DNA of 64,000 nt from Candidatus Firestoneibacteriota bacterium (GTDB lineage: Bacteria; Oederibacteriota; D2-FULL-39-29), in contig CAITEH010000085.1 in assembly GCA_903891415.1 (NCBI GenBank), forward strand, positions 24,560 through 88,559, in the 5' to 3' direction. The translations under genes were made by a program, and so were the position numbers. Shown here piece by piece: positions 50,288 through 60,692 of this stretch. The notes beneath the pieces are model-generated. The model was given only the letters and a program-made list of their open reading frames with translations. It made no database searches and had not been told where the DNA came from. The first letter of the stretch is position 1, and the number at the start of each line of letters is the position of its first letter.

Positions 50288-51646
50288 ATGAATCAGCCGG
50301 TTAAAGTCGGAGATAAGATCAAGTTAACCATTGACAGTGTTGCCAATAGCGCGGATGCGGTCGGGAAATATGACAATTTTATTGTCTTCGTGCCGTTCGC
50401 GGTTCCGGGGGATGAGGTAGAGGTAATGATAACTGAAGTAAGAAAAAACTTCTCCCGGGGAAATATTCTAACCGTACTCAAGCCGTCCCCCTTCAGGGTG
50501 GAGCCTGCCTGCAAAGTATTCGGAGAGTGCGGCGGGTGCCACCGGCAGGCGGTAGATTATACCAAACAGCTGGAATACAAGCATAAGATAGTGGTCAATG
50601 CGTTTAAAAAATTTCCCGGAGTAAAGGTAAATAAAGTTACCGCCGCAAAAGAACCCTATTATTATCGCAATAAAACCCAGTTCCCGGCTGATATGAAGCA
50701 GAAAAAACTCGGGCTTTATGCCTTGAGAAGCCATTTTGTTGTTGATGTCGAAGCCTGCCCGCTGGTCAGCAGGGAAATTAATAATATTTATGCCGAGATC
50801 CGCGCCTATCTGGTGAAGATAAAATACAATGTACCGACCCTGCGGCATGTCGTGATACGTGTTACAGAAACTTCGGGCGCGGCCGTAGTGATCTTTGTAT
50901 TGAAAAACGAGGATTTCACTAAAATTCACGAAGTTTCCAGTTTTCTGCGCTATAAATTCCCCAAGCTGTCGGTCCTGTACAATATTAATCCGGAAGATTC
51001 TAACATAATTATGGGTGACAAGCATTTTGTCTACGCGGGGGACGGCCGGCTCGCGGAAAAAATTGATAAGATAGAATACGGTTTCTCTGCCATATCTTTC
51101 TTTCAGACCAATACTTCCCAGGCAAAAACCATATTCAAGAAGATAAAAGCCTGGGTCAGCGGTTCCTTCGAAAAAACCGCTCTCGATCTTTTCTGCGGGG
51201 TGGGCGCGATCTCTCTTTACATCGCCTCGGAGTTTAAAGAGGTCGTAGGTGTCGAAGAGATGGGCCAGGCGGTGCTGGATGCCATGCAGAACGCGAAAAA
51301 CAACGGCATTCTTAATTGTGAGTTCCTGAATGGAAGGTCGGAGACCATGCTGGTGAAACTGATGAAGCAGGGTTTTAAGCCTTCGACAATAATTCTTGAT
51401 CCGCCGAGAAAAGGCTGCGAGCAGGAACTCTTAAATCTTATCGCGAAATGCGCTCCGGAAACGGTCATCTATCTTTCCTGCGATGTTATGACCCTGGCGC
51501 GGGACCTGGAAAACCTTACGGGGCATGGCTACAAAATAGAAGAGGTTGTACCTTATGATATGTTCCCTATGACCTACCATATAGAGACCCTGGTCAAATT
51601 GACAAAGCGCGCTGAAGCTTTGAAGGTTGAAAAAATAAATGCTTAA
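50288..51646 (+). CDS. rlmD: 23S rRNA m5U methyltransferase RlmD family
   Basis: TRAM domain, CxxFxxCGGC, FFQTN, DLFCGVG, DPPRKG, YLSC, DMFPMTYHIE. Confidence 0.92.
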   Translation: MNQPVKVGDKIKLTIDSVANSADAVGKYDNFIVFVPFAVPGDEVEVMITEVRKNFSRGNILTVLKPSPFRVEPACKVFGECGGCHRQAVDYTKQLEYKHKIVVNAFKKFPGVKVNKVTAAKEPYYYRNKTQFPADMKQKKLGLYALRSHFVVDVEACPLVSREINNIYAEIRAYLVKIKYNVPTLRHVVIRVTETSGAAVVIFVLKNEDFTKIHEVSSFLRYKFPKLSVLYNINPEDSNIIMGDKHFVYAGDGRLAEKIDKIEYGFSAISFFQTNTSQAKTIFKKIKAWVSGSFEKTALDLFCGVGAISLYIASEFKEVVGVEEMGQAVLDAMQNAKNNGILNCEFLNGRSETMLVKLMKQGFKPSTIILDPPRKGCEQELLNLIAKCAPETVIYLSCDVMTLARDLENLTGHGYKIEEVVPYDMFPMTYHIETLVKLTKRAEALKVEKINA

Positions 51647-52400
51647 GCTTGCCGTGGAGGCCGCGAAAAAAGCGGCTTGCCTGCATAAAAAGTTTTACCG
51701 CAATGCCGGGACGGTCAGGCATAAGGGTACTTCCAATAACCTGGTGACCAAGGTTGACCTTGCGGCAGAGCGGATAATAAAAGAAACCCTCCACAGGGCC
51801 TATCCTTCGCACGGCTTTATCTGCGAGGAAAATGGCACCGAGAACGCGGATAATGAATTCCGCTGGATCATCGATCCTCTGGACGGTACGGTGAATTACG
51901 CTCACGGTTTCCCTCTGTTTTGCGTTTCCATTGCCTTACAGAAGCAGGGTGTTACCCGGCTGGGCGTGGTTTACGCTTCAGTCCTGGAAGAATTGTTCAC
52001 CGTTGAATTGGGAAAAGGTGCCCGGCTGAACGGAGAAAAGGCCCGTGTTTCGGGAACGAAAAAATTGGAAAATGCCCTGCTGGCTACCGGCTTTCCCTAT
52101 TCTCTGAAACAGAGGCCCGGGGACAATTTCAGGCATTTTAATAAATTTTGTATGAGTTCGCAGGCGGTCCGCAGGGCCGGGTCCGCGGCGCTTGATCTTT
52201 GCTATGTGGGCTGCGGTATCCTGGACGGATTTTTTGAGCAGGAACTGTATGCCTGGGATACGGCCGCGGGGGTTCTTTTTGTGGAGGAAGCTAAAGGCAG
52301 GGTAACTGACTATGGCGGGAAAAAATATAACGTTTTTCAAAAAACAATAGCCGCCAGTAACGGCTTGATACACGGGGAAATGCTTAAGGTGCTGCAATAA
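51639..52400 (+). CDS. suhB: Inositol monophosphatase SuhB
   Basis: LVTKVD, CEE, WIIDPLDGT, RRAGSAALDL, WDTAAG. Confidence 0.92.
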   Translation: MLKLAVEAAKKAACLHKKFYRNAGTVRHKGTSNNLVTKVDLAAERIIKETLHRAYPSHGFICEENGTENADNEFRWIIDPLDGTVNYAHGFPLFCVSIALQKQGVTRLGVVYASVLEELFTVELGKGARLNGEKARVSGTKKLENALLATGFPYSLKQRPGDNFRHFNKFCMSSQAVRRAGSAALDLCYVGCGILDGFFEQELYAWDTAAGVLFVEEAKGRVTDYGGKKYNVFQKTIAASNGLIHGEMLKVLQ

Positions 52401-52421
52401 ACAGGCTTGCAGAGGAGCGTA

Positions 52422-52928
52422 ATGTCCGACGGGGAGCTTTTAATAAATAAAAGGAAGATGCCCAGGTGGAAATGCTCTATCAACGTCAAATTTAAGGTTG
52501 TAAAGGAAGATAAATTCGGCGTCCTAAAGAATATTTTTGTGAAAACCCGCGAGGCCGAAAGCCGTGACATCAGCGCGGCCGGTTCACTCTTGCTTACAAA
52601 AGAACCGCTGCAGGTGGGTGACCGCCTGGCTTTTAGCATCTTTCTGCCCGCTACGGACAGCAATATTAAAGCTCTGGGGGAAGTTGTCAGGGTCTTCGAG
52701 AAAACAGACGCCGGCGAAAAAAAGTACTTTATAGGCGTAAAATATATTGATATAATAACCGAAAGTGATGACGTTCTGGAAGAGATACTTGTCCAGAAAC
52801 TTAGAGCCGGGGCCAAAACTAATTTATCCAAGGAAGAGGCCCTGAAACAAGCCCGCTACGAGTATTTTATGCGCTTGATAAACGAAGAAACTTTTTATAT
52901 CAATTCTGAGCTAAAAAAACACAAATAA
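52422..52928 (+). CDS. PilZ domain protein
   Basis: RKMPR (RxxxR) and DISAAG; ATG after GAGGAG. Confidence 0.8.
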   Translation: MSDGELLINKRKMPRWKCSINVKFKVVKEDKFGVLKNIFVKTREAESRDISAAGSLLLTKEPLQVGDRLAFSIFLPATDSNIKALGEVVRVFEKTDAGEKKYFIGVKYIDIITESDDVLEEILVQKLRAGAKTNLSKEEALKQARYEYFMRLINEETFYINSELKKHK

Positions 52929-52952
52929 TATTTTAAGAGGGGGAGCCGGCCT

Positions 52953-54143
52953 GTGAACTTTAAACTGCAAAAGTTCTCCATGATCCTTATCGGCATTATC
53001 GGCGTTTTTTCCGGAGTGATAATCGTTCTGGCCATAAATATCGCCGTTTTTAACAGGATGGGCAAAGGGAATGATAAGCTTGCTCCGGCAAAGGAAGCTA
53101 TAATGCTCCAGGATTCATTTATTGCCGTTGCCGATCTGGTAAGCCCCGCGGTCGTCAATATAAGCACCGAACAGATATTGAAATACCGGTATTACGGCTA
53201 TGATTATGATGATTTTTTTAACCGGTTTTTTAATTCTCCCTTCAGCCAGCCCAAAGAAAAATACTTTAAGAGGCAGGGGCTCGGGACAGGAATTATAGTT
53301 TCCGGCGACGGTTATATACTTACTAATTATCATGTGGTCTCGGATGTTACCAAAATAAAAGCGGTTTTCGCGGATAAAAGCGAGTATGAAGGAAAGCTTG
53401 CAGGCGTGGATAAGGCGCATGACCTTGCGCTTGTAAAAATAGAGCCCAAAGGCAGGCTTGCGAAGGTAATTCTCGGAAATTCAGAAAAGGTCCGGGTCGG
53501 GGAATGGGCTATTGCCATAGGTAATCCGTTTGGCTACGACCATACGGTTACAGCCGGCATTGTAAGCGCTAAAGGGCGTTTGTACCAGAGCGCGGACGGT
53601 TCTCAAATGCCTGATCTTATTCAGACCGATGCGGCAATAAATCCAGGTAACTCCGGCGGGCCCCTGGTAAATATTTCCGGAGAAGTAATAGGCATAAACA
53701 CCTTTATAGTTTCCACTTCGGGCTCCTATTCCGGTATCGGTTTTGCCGTTCCGATAAATGATGCCGGCGCCATTTTAAAGGAAATATCCGGTTCGGGAAA
53801 AGAAGCCCGGAATAAAAAAAACACAGAACCCGCCTCCGGGAATACCGGCAGGGATTTTGACCGCCTCGGGCTTAAAATAAGCACGCTTAATGAGGAAAGA
53901 ATACACAAATACGGAGTTTCCATGAGATCCGGGGTGGTTATCTCCGGAGTAAAAGCCGGAAGTTCCGCGGATACCGCCGGGCTGCTGGAAGGCGATGTGC
54001 TCCTGGAAATTGACAAAAAGCCGGTACGGGTACTGGAGGATTATTATTCAGCCGTTAAGAATTCCAGCCTGCATGAAGGGATACTTTTTGTAATAAACAG
54101 GCAGGGCGCGGCGTATTATGTTGTAATAAATAGGCCGGAATAG
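52953..54143 (+). CDS. HtrA/DegP-family serine protease with PDZ domain
   Basis: TNYHV, DLAL, QTDAAINPGNSGGPL, one C-terminal PDZ. Confidence 0.93.
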   Translation: MNFKLQKFSMILIGIIGVFSGVIIVLAINIAVFNRMGKGNDKLAPAKEAIMLQDSFIAVADLVSPAVVNISTEQILKYRYYGYDYDDFFNRFFNSPFSQPKEKYFKRQGLGTGIIVSGDGYILTNYHVVSDVTKIKAVFADKSEYEGKLAGVDKAHDLALVKIEPKGRLAKVILGNSEKVRVGEWAIAIGNPFGYDHTVTAGIVSAKGRLYQSADGSQMPDLIQTDAAINPGNSGGPLVNISGEVIGINTFIVSTSGSYSGIGFAVPINDAGAILKEISGSGKEARNKKNTEPASGNTGRDFDRLGLKISTLNEERIHKYGVSMRSGVVISGVKAGSSADTAGLLEGDVLLEIDKKPVRVLEDYYSAVKNSSLHEGILFVINRQGAAYYVVINRPE

Positions 54144-54880
54144 TGGGCAGTTTAAAAGCCGCGGGGATCTTTCTGGCCGCGCTGATATTTGTTCCGGGCT
54201 GTGCTGGCAGCAATAGGCGGCCTGAGCCGGATAAAAAGCTCAGAGTGCTGGCTGTTATGCCCTTTGAAAATCTCAGCAATGACGCTTCCGGAGCGGAAAT
54301 TACCAGAAAAAAAATATATGACGCGCTGGTAAATGATAAGTATGAAGTAATGGAACTGGAAAAGACCGATGCAATATTGCGCGGGCTGGGTGTGACCGAC
54401 GGCGGGCAGTTAAAGCGCGTAGAACTTTCAAAACTTGCCGCCGGGCTGGGAACCGGCACCTTAATAACAGGAGAGGTGCAGGAATACTTTCAAGGCGCTT
54501 CTTTGGAAGTTATTCCGTTCGGCTTCTGCTTTAAAAGACAGGTGAAACTTAAAATTACTGTAAGAGACGCCCTGACCGGCAAAATACTTTTTGAAAGACA
54601 AAAAGAGCTCGTAACCAGGGAACCGCTTGATCAGCAGGAAGAGAAAAGGAAACAAAATGAGAAAAACAAAAGAGAGCTGGAAAAGGAAAAGCGAAACGGC
54701 GGGAAAGCCGGTGAAAATGACACTGCTGCCGGGGAAAAAGAACCCACTTTTCTTGAAAACCTTTTCGGGGGCATTTTGAGGAACGCAATTTCAGATACAA
54801 TATATTCCGGAGCGGAGCTCATGGCTTACAATATAGCGCAAGAACTCGTGCGTGAAATGCCTTATTTTTATGAAGAATAG
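54143..54880 (+). CDS. Lipoprotein, DUF799/GNA1162-like
   Basis: Lipobox VPGC; LAVMPFENLS; adjacent to a CsgG-like gene. Confidence 0.6.
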   Translation: MGSLKAAGIFLAALIFVPGCAGSNRRPEPDKKLRVLAVMPFENLSNDASGAEITRKKIYDALVNDKYEVMELEKTDAILRGLGVTDGGQLKRVELSKLAAGLGTGTLITGEVQEYFQGASLEVIPFGFCFKRQVKLKITVRDALTGKILFERQKELVTREPLDQQEEKRKQNEKNKRELEKEKRNGGKAGENDTAAGEKEPTFLENLFGGILRNAISDTIYSGAELMAYNIAQELVREMPYFYEE

Positions 54881-54943
54881 CGCAAGGTGACCCGTGGAAT
54901 TTTGAGCTATGCGGGCAAGATCTTTTTAGGTGACCGGAGAAAA

Positions 54944-55873
54944 ATGAAAAAAATTCTTATCTTTATTTTAACTGCGGTATTTTTTAGCGGCTGCGGCGTC
55001 TCTTCACGCGTTACAAAAGAAGACACGCTTTCCGTGCAGCCGGGGCGGCCGGCCGAGGGCGTGTATAAGGGAGTCAGGAGAAGAGTTGCCGTGGCGGAAT
55101 TTTCCAACAAAACCGCTTACGGCCAGCGGCTGGGTACCGCGGCATCCGACATACTTGTTACGGAACTTAACAAGACAGGGAATTTTATTTTAATAGAACG
55201 GGAGAGGCTTGATAAAGTGATCCAGGAGCAAAAGCTTTCTCTGGCCGGAATTATTGACAACCGGACGGCGGCAAGTGTCGGAAATCTTCTCGGAGCAGGG
55301 GCCATAGTGACCGGCAGTATTACCGATTTTGGAGTTAAAACCGAATCCGGAGGCATGCTGATAACTCAGGGTAAAAAACAAACCTCCTCCTGTACCGTGG
55401 ATGTAAGAGTGGTGGATGTGGCGACCGGGAGGATAATTTTTGCGGAGTCCGGCAAAGGGACTGCGGAAAGATCAAGCGGGACTTTTTTAGGAATGGGTTC
55501 AAAGAGCGGTTATGACGAAACACTTGAGGGAGCTTCCCTCCGGGCGGCAATAGTCAAACTCACGGAAAATATAGCAGAGCAGATCAATTCTTCATGTATC
55601 TGGGCCTGTAATATCGCGGAGATAACGCAGGAGAGGATATATATAGACGCGGGAAAAGCTTCCGGGCTTGAACAGGGAACAGTGCTTGATGTTTTTCTGC
55701 CCGGGAAGGAAATAGTAAGCCCGTCTACCGGGCTGGTGCTGGGGCGTGAACAAAAAAAGACAGGCCGGGTTAAAGTACTGGAAATGTTCGGTGAAGATGC
55801 CGCGATAGTTAAGCTCATAGAAGGCAATGCCGAAAAAGGAGATATCTGTAAAATAAATGAAGAAAAAAAATGA
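54944..55873 (+). CDS. CsgG/HfaB-family lipoprotein with FlgT-like C-terminal domain
   Basis: Lipobox FSGC; VAVAEFSN, IERERLDKVIQEQKL, TGSITDFG, RVVDVATG; YIDAG..G..PSTG. Confidence 0.75.
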   Translation: MKKILIFILTAVFFSGCGVSSRVTKEDTLSVQPGRPAEGVYKGVRRRVAVAEFSNKTAYGQRLGTAASDILVTELNKTGNFILIERERLDKVIQEQKLSLAGIIDNRTAASVGNLLGAGAIVTGSITDFGVKTESGGMLITQGKKQTSSCTVDVRVVDVATGRIIFAESGKGTAERSSGTFLGMGSKSGYDETLEGASLRAAIVKLTENIAEQINSSCIWACNIAEITQERIYIDAGKASGLEQGTVLDVFLPGKEIVSPSTGLVLGREQKKTGRVKVLEMFGEDAAIVKLIEGNAEKGDICKINEEKK

Positions 55874-57950
55874 ACTTATAGGCATAGCCTGGTTTGCCGC
55901 GGGGGTCTTACTGCTGGCATCACTTTTTACGGGACTTTTCGCAGGCCAGGGCATGGGTTTGCTGGGCGGATACATAAAAACGGCCTTCTTTTATGTCTTT
56001 GGCTTTGGCTCTTTTCTTTTACCGGTTATTTTTGGCTTTGTCGGCTACTATAGTTTTCAGAATGCTGAGCCGAAGAAGCCGGTTCACAAAATAGCCGGGG
56101 CTTTACTTTTCCTGGCCGCTACCTGCGTGAGCTTCTATCTAACAGGCCTTTATGAGAGCAATGAGAACATGCTTGGAAATATTTTGGGGAGAGTTCTTAT
56201 TAAACTGTTAGATAATATCGGGGCCTGGTTTGTCTGTCTCCTGTTATTTATTTTTGCGCTCTATTTTCTTGAGCTTGAACACCTGCCCAAAAATTTACTT
56301 GAAATATTACTGCTAAAGTATAAAAAATGGCAGGCCGTCCGGAGGGAAAAAAAGGAACAAAAAACAGCCGGGGCAACACCTTTCAGGCAGGCAATTGAAA
56401 AAGAAAGGCCGAAAATAGAACCTATAAGGATAGATGCCACAAAAACTTCCGCGCAGTCCCAGGCCAGGCCCAAACCCGCGGAAAAAAAGCCGGAAAAACC
56501 TGCTAAACCTGTTCAGGCGGACACGGAAGCAGCAGGAACAAAACAATATACCCTGCCTTCCTTCTCTCTGCTTGCGGACTACGAGTCCTCCATAAAAATG
56601 AACAAAGAGGATTTCCGCGAGAAAGAAGATATCATTAAACAGACACTTTTAAACTTTGGAATCGAGGTCGAACCCACGCGCGCGATCATGGGCCCGGTCA
56701 TTACCCGCTATGAAGTTACGGTTGCGGCCGGGCAGAAAGTGAACAGGATAGTTGCGCTTTCAAATGATCTGGCGATGGCTCTGCGGGCCACGCATATCAG
56801 GATAATCGCGCCGATACCGGGTACCAACGCTGTCGGTATCGAGATCCCGAATAAAAAATCAAATACCGTGAGCCTAAAAAGCATAATTGATTCGAATGAA
56901 TTTAATAATCCCGCCTTCCGCCTGCCCATCTCTATCGGCAAGACCGTGGACGGCGAGAATATGGTCGCGGACCTTGCGGATATGCCGCATTTGCTGGTTG
57001 CGGGCGCGACCGGCGCGGGGAAGAGCGTATGCCTGAATTCCATAATTGTATCCCTGCTTTATAAATTTAAACCCGATGAATTGAAAATTCTCTTAATAGA
57101 CCCGAAAAGAGTGGAATTCACTCTTTATAACGAAATGCCCCATCTCTACACTCCGGTGATAACGGATGTGCGCAAGGCCTCGGAAGCGCTCAAACATCTG
57201 GTCAGGGACATGACTGACAGGTATGATAAACTTTCAAAAGCGCACGCGCGGGACATAGTTTCCTATAACAAAAAGGCGGAGGTTAAACTTCCTTATGTCG
57301 TGGTAATTATTGACGAGCTTGCGGATATGATGCTGCTGGCAGCCAGAGAAATTGAGGACGTTATTACCCGTTTGGCCCAGCTGGCCCGCGGTGTCGGAAT
57401 TCATCTGGTTTTCGCGACCCAGAGGCCGTCCGTGGATGTCATAACCGGTGTAATAAAAGCCAATTTTCCTTCGCGCATAGCGTTGCAGGTTTTCTCCAAG
57501 GTTGACTCCCGGGTTATTCTTGATACCGGAGGGGCGGAAGACCTGCTTGGTAAAGGAGATATGCTTTTCTCCCTGGCAAGCTTTCCCAGGCCGGTACGCT
57601 GCCAGTGTTCTTTCATCTCAACAGCCGAGATTAAGAATTTAATGGACTTCTGGACCGCGCAAGGCGAACCGACTCTTGTTAATATTGAGGTGAAAAGCGA
57701 GAGCGGGGTGCAGGAGGGGGACGGGGAGGATAACGAACTTTTTATGAACGCGCTGGTTTTTGTAAAGGAAAGAAAACGCGCTTCCGTGCAGCTGCTGCAG
57801 GGGGCTTTTCATATCAGCGGCGGCCGGGCCACCAATCTTATTTCTTTAATGGAATCGAAGGGTTTGATAGGCCCGGGGATCGGCAATAAACCCAGAGATA
57901 TTAATTATGATAAGATAGAAGAGCTCTTGAAGAAATTCAAGAAGGCGTAG
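55857..57950 (+). CDS. ftsK: DNA translocase FtsK
   Basis: 4TM N-terminus, PHLLVAGATGAGKS, IDPKRVE, IIDELAD, ATQRPSVDVITG, GAEDLLGKGDML. Confidence 0.95.
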   Translation: MKKKNELIGIAWFAAGVLLLASLFTGLFAGQGMGLLGGYIKTAFFYVFGFGSFLLPVIFGFVGYYSFQNAEPKKPVHKIAGALLFLAATCVSFYLTGLYESNENMLGNILGRVLIKLLDNIGAWFVCLLLFIFALYFLELEHLPKNLLEILLLKYKKWQAVRREKKEQKTAGATPFRQAIEKERPKIEPIRIDATKTSAQSQARPKPAEKKPEKPAKPVQADTEAAGTKQYTLPSFSLLADYESSIKMNKEDFREKEDIIKQTLLNFGIEVEPTRAIMGPVITRYEVTVAAGQKVNRIVALSNDLAMALRATHIRIIAPIPGTNAVGIEIPNKKSNTVSLKSIIDSNEFNNPAFRLPISIGKTVDGENMVADLADMPHLLVAGATGAGKSVCLNSIIVSLLYKFKPDELKILLIDPKRVEFTLYNEMPHLYTPVITDVRKASEALKHLVRDMTDRYDKLSKAHARDIVSYNKKAEVKLPYVVVIIDELADMMLLAAREIEDVITRLAQLARGVGIHLVFATQRPSVDVITGVIKANFPSRIALQVFSKVDSRVILDTGGAEDLLGKGDMLFSLASFPRPVRCQCSFISTAEIKNLMDFWTAQGEPTLVNIEVKSESGVQEGDGEDNELFMNALVFVKERKRASVQLLQGAFHISGGRATNLISLMESKGLIGPGIGNKPRDINYDKIEELLKKFKKA

Positions 57951-57951
57951 C

Positions 57952-58605
57952 ATGTTAAAACATATCTTATTTGCGGCCGTTCTCGCGGGCAATCTGTCCG
58001 CGCTTAATTATGATGAAGCGCTGGAGAAGCTGCTGGACAGTTTTAGAAATAAACTGGAGAACTTCAGGGCGGATGTTACAGAGGAAGTGAAACTCGGTGA
58101 CATGTCCGAACCGAAGCTCCTCCGGGGTACTATGACGGTTAAGGCCCCGGGGAAACTGCTGCTGGAATACACGGCTCCGGTAAAACAAAGCATCATTTCC
58201 GACGGGAAGACCCTCTGGATCTACTTTAAAGAACAGAACCAGGTAGTGATCCAGGATGTCTCGGAAGTAAAAAGCAAAGATAATATAATATTCCAACTGC
58301 CTAAATATCTCGAATACCTTAAGGAAAAATACATCGGCAGTTTGAAAGAAGAAGAAAAACACGATGAAGTGGAAGCTGTCCTTTTGGAATTTGTCCCCAG
58401 GGACGAAGGCGAGGACTTTACAAAGATAACTCTGTGGGCCGATAAAGAAAAATGGCTTCCTCTTTCCAGCACCGTCTTTATAGGGGACGGCAACAGCATT
58501 ACGGTGAAATTCAGCAAAATAAAAACAAACGAACTCCTGGAGGATTCCCTGTTTGATTTTAAGGTCCCGGAAGGGGCGGAAAAAATAACATCCCTGCTCC
58601 GGTAG
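57952..58605 (+). CDS. lolA: Outer-membrane lipoprotein carrier LolA
   Basis: Signal peptide, PGKLLLEY..ISDGKTLW, FDFKVPEG; ftsK-lolA synteny. Confidence 0.85.
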   Translation: MLKHILFAAVLAGNLSALNYDEALEKLLDSFRNKLENFRADVTEEVKLGDMSEPKLLRGTMTVKAPGKLLLEYTAPVKQSIISDGKTLWIYFKEQNQVVIQDVSEVKSKDNIIFQLPKYLEYLKEKYIGSLKEEEKHDEVEAVLLEFVPRDEGEDFTKITLWADKEKWLPLSSTVFIGDGNSITVKFSKIKTNELLEDSLFDFKVPEGAEKITSLLR

Positions 58606-58725
58606 CTGCCCGGCCAAGCCGGCAACCGTATTGATGAACTGTTCCTTTTGCAGTCCCGCGAACTTGAAAAATAATTATCAGGAAAATATGCTTTCATAAT
58701 AAGCTTTATATCGGAGGATGCGTGA

Positions 58726-60532
58726 ATGTATGAAGATCTGAAAAAAAAGATCCAAAAAGAATTTTCTTCTGAAATTGTTAGAAAGGAGATCTATGGAATA
58801 TTTAAAAATGACCGCAAAGGGACTACCCCGGCCTTTGTCCGGACCGGAAGCCATATATATAAAAGGCTAAAAAAAATAGGTTTGAAAGAAATAAAAAAAA
58901 GCTGGTTTTTGGCTGACGGTAAAACTCTGATCCAGGACTGGCTCCCCTTCCCCGGCCTGGGACTGCAAAGAAGCTTTTTTAAAGATCACAGAACCAAAAG
59001 AATATGCAAGAACCATGGTAAAATTTCCTGATAAATTTCTTTGTGTCGGAATGAACAGTCCGGGCACGCCGGACGGCGGTGTAACCAGCCAGGTAATACT
59101 TTATAATAAAAGTTCTGATCTTAAAAAAGCCCGCGGAAAAATACTGTTTTTTTCAGGAAGAGTTGACTCCATAAAAAACGGGCTCTTAAAGAATGATATT
59201 AAGGGGGTTATCTCTGACTTTCATTATAAAGGGAAGGAAAAAAATGATACGATCTATTGGGAAAACAGATGGCATGTGAAAAAGGAAGAAACCAGCTTTT
59301 TCTGTATTAAAATATCAATGAAAGACGGTGCTGCTCTGAGAATACTTCTGGAAAAAGGTGTTAAAGTTAAGGTTAAAGCTTTCATTAGAGCCAGGAATTA
59401 CTCCGGCAAGATACCTGCGGTAAGCGGACTTATCCCCGGAAAAAACCCGAAAGAAGAAGTAATAATCCTTGGCCATGTTTATGATGTGGGCGCGCATGAC
59501 AATGCTTCGGGAGCGGGGATCATGATAGAGATAGCGCGGACCATACAAAAACTGATAAAAACCGGTAAATTATCACAGCCCAGGAGATCCATAAGATTTT
59601 TATTTCCCCACGAAATGTATGGGACCCTGGACTGGGTAGCCCGCAAGCGCGATAAGAGCAGGAAACTTATAGCCGGGCTTAATCTCGATATGGTAGGCGG
59701 AAAAAATAATTCTATTAAGCTTAGAGCGTCAGATGAAATTCCGTCCTTTACCAATGAATTAATAGTTGAACTGCTAAAGCAAAGCTCCCATATAAGAAAA
59801 GGGCTCATAGTGAGTAACGGTGTTCTTGATGACGAAATGTTCTTAAAAGACCCTCTGATAGGGTGTTCCACGCCTACTCTAAGTTTTGGACGCGTTGATC
59901 ATTGTTATCACAGTGATGCCGATACAATGGACAAACTCGACTATAATTTCGTAAAAAATGCCGGGGTGGTTTCCGCAGTTTACCTTTATTTTATTGCGTC
60001 TGCCGGAATAAAAGAAGCACTTTGGCTTGCGGAACTGGTTTTTAGCTGCTGGAATAACAGTATAGTTAAATATATGAAAGAAAAGAACTCCAGTAGTAAA
60101 ATAAATTTCTTGATAGAAAGAGGGACGGAAAATTTGAATTCCATTTCCGCGTTGGTAGAGGGGCCAGAACGGGCATTTTTTAATAAAAAAATAGCCGGTT
60201 ACATTTGCTGTCTTGAAAAATATAAGAAAGCTCTTTCAGGAAAAGAAAAGCCGGTAAGAGGCGAAAAATTGGTGCCTGTCAGGTCGAAATGCAGCCTAAT
60301 ACCTGCTATGGACAGTATTTCCGGGAAAGAAAAAACGGATTTTGAAAACAAATTCAAGGAATATTTTCCCTGGTCCAATTACCTTTCGCCCATGTGGTTT
60401 CTGACCGACGGTAAGCGCACGATCAGGCAAATCCACTATTTTCTTAAGAACAATTATGGCACGTCAGATCTGAAAAGGTTGGTAGAAATTTACAAATTTC
60501 TGAAAAGAACAAAATATATTAAGTTCAGATAA
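58726..60532 (+). pseudogene. M28-family (DUF4910-like) peptidase split by a 1-nt frameshift
   Basis: ORFs 58726-59031 and 59015-60532 join if one base is removed near 58944-58954 (..WLPFP|AWDCKEAFLKITEPKEYARTMVKF..); motifs GH..GAHDNASG, HEMYG, NLDMVG, YHSDAD. Confidence 0.7.
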
Positions 60533-60692
60533 ATTAAGACCCGCCGGCCTTACCGGAATATAGGTAAAGTTATTGTTTTTGTGCCGGTCTTAGTGGTATA
60601 ATAACGCCGTTATACTCATCCGTCTTAAGGGCGGAAATATTTTTACTAGGCAGCAGCCGTACGCGCTCTCGCCCGGTAAAAGGAGGCCGTAA

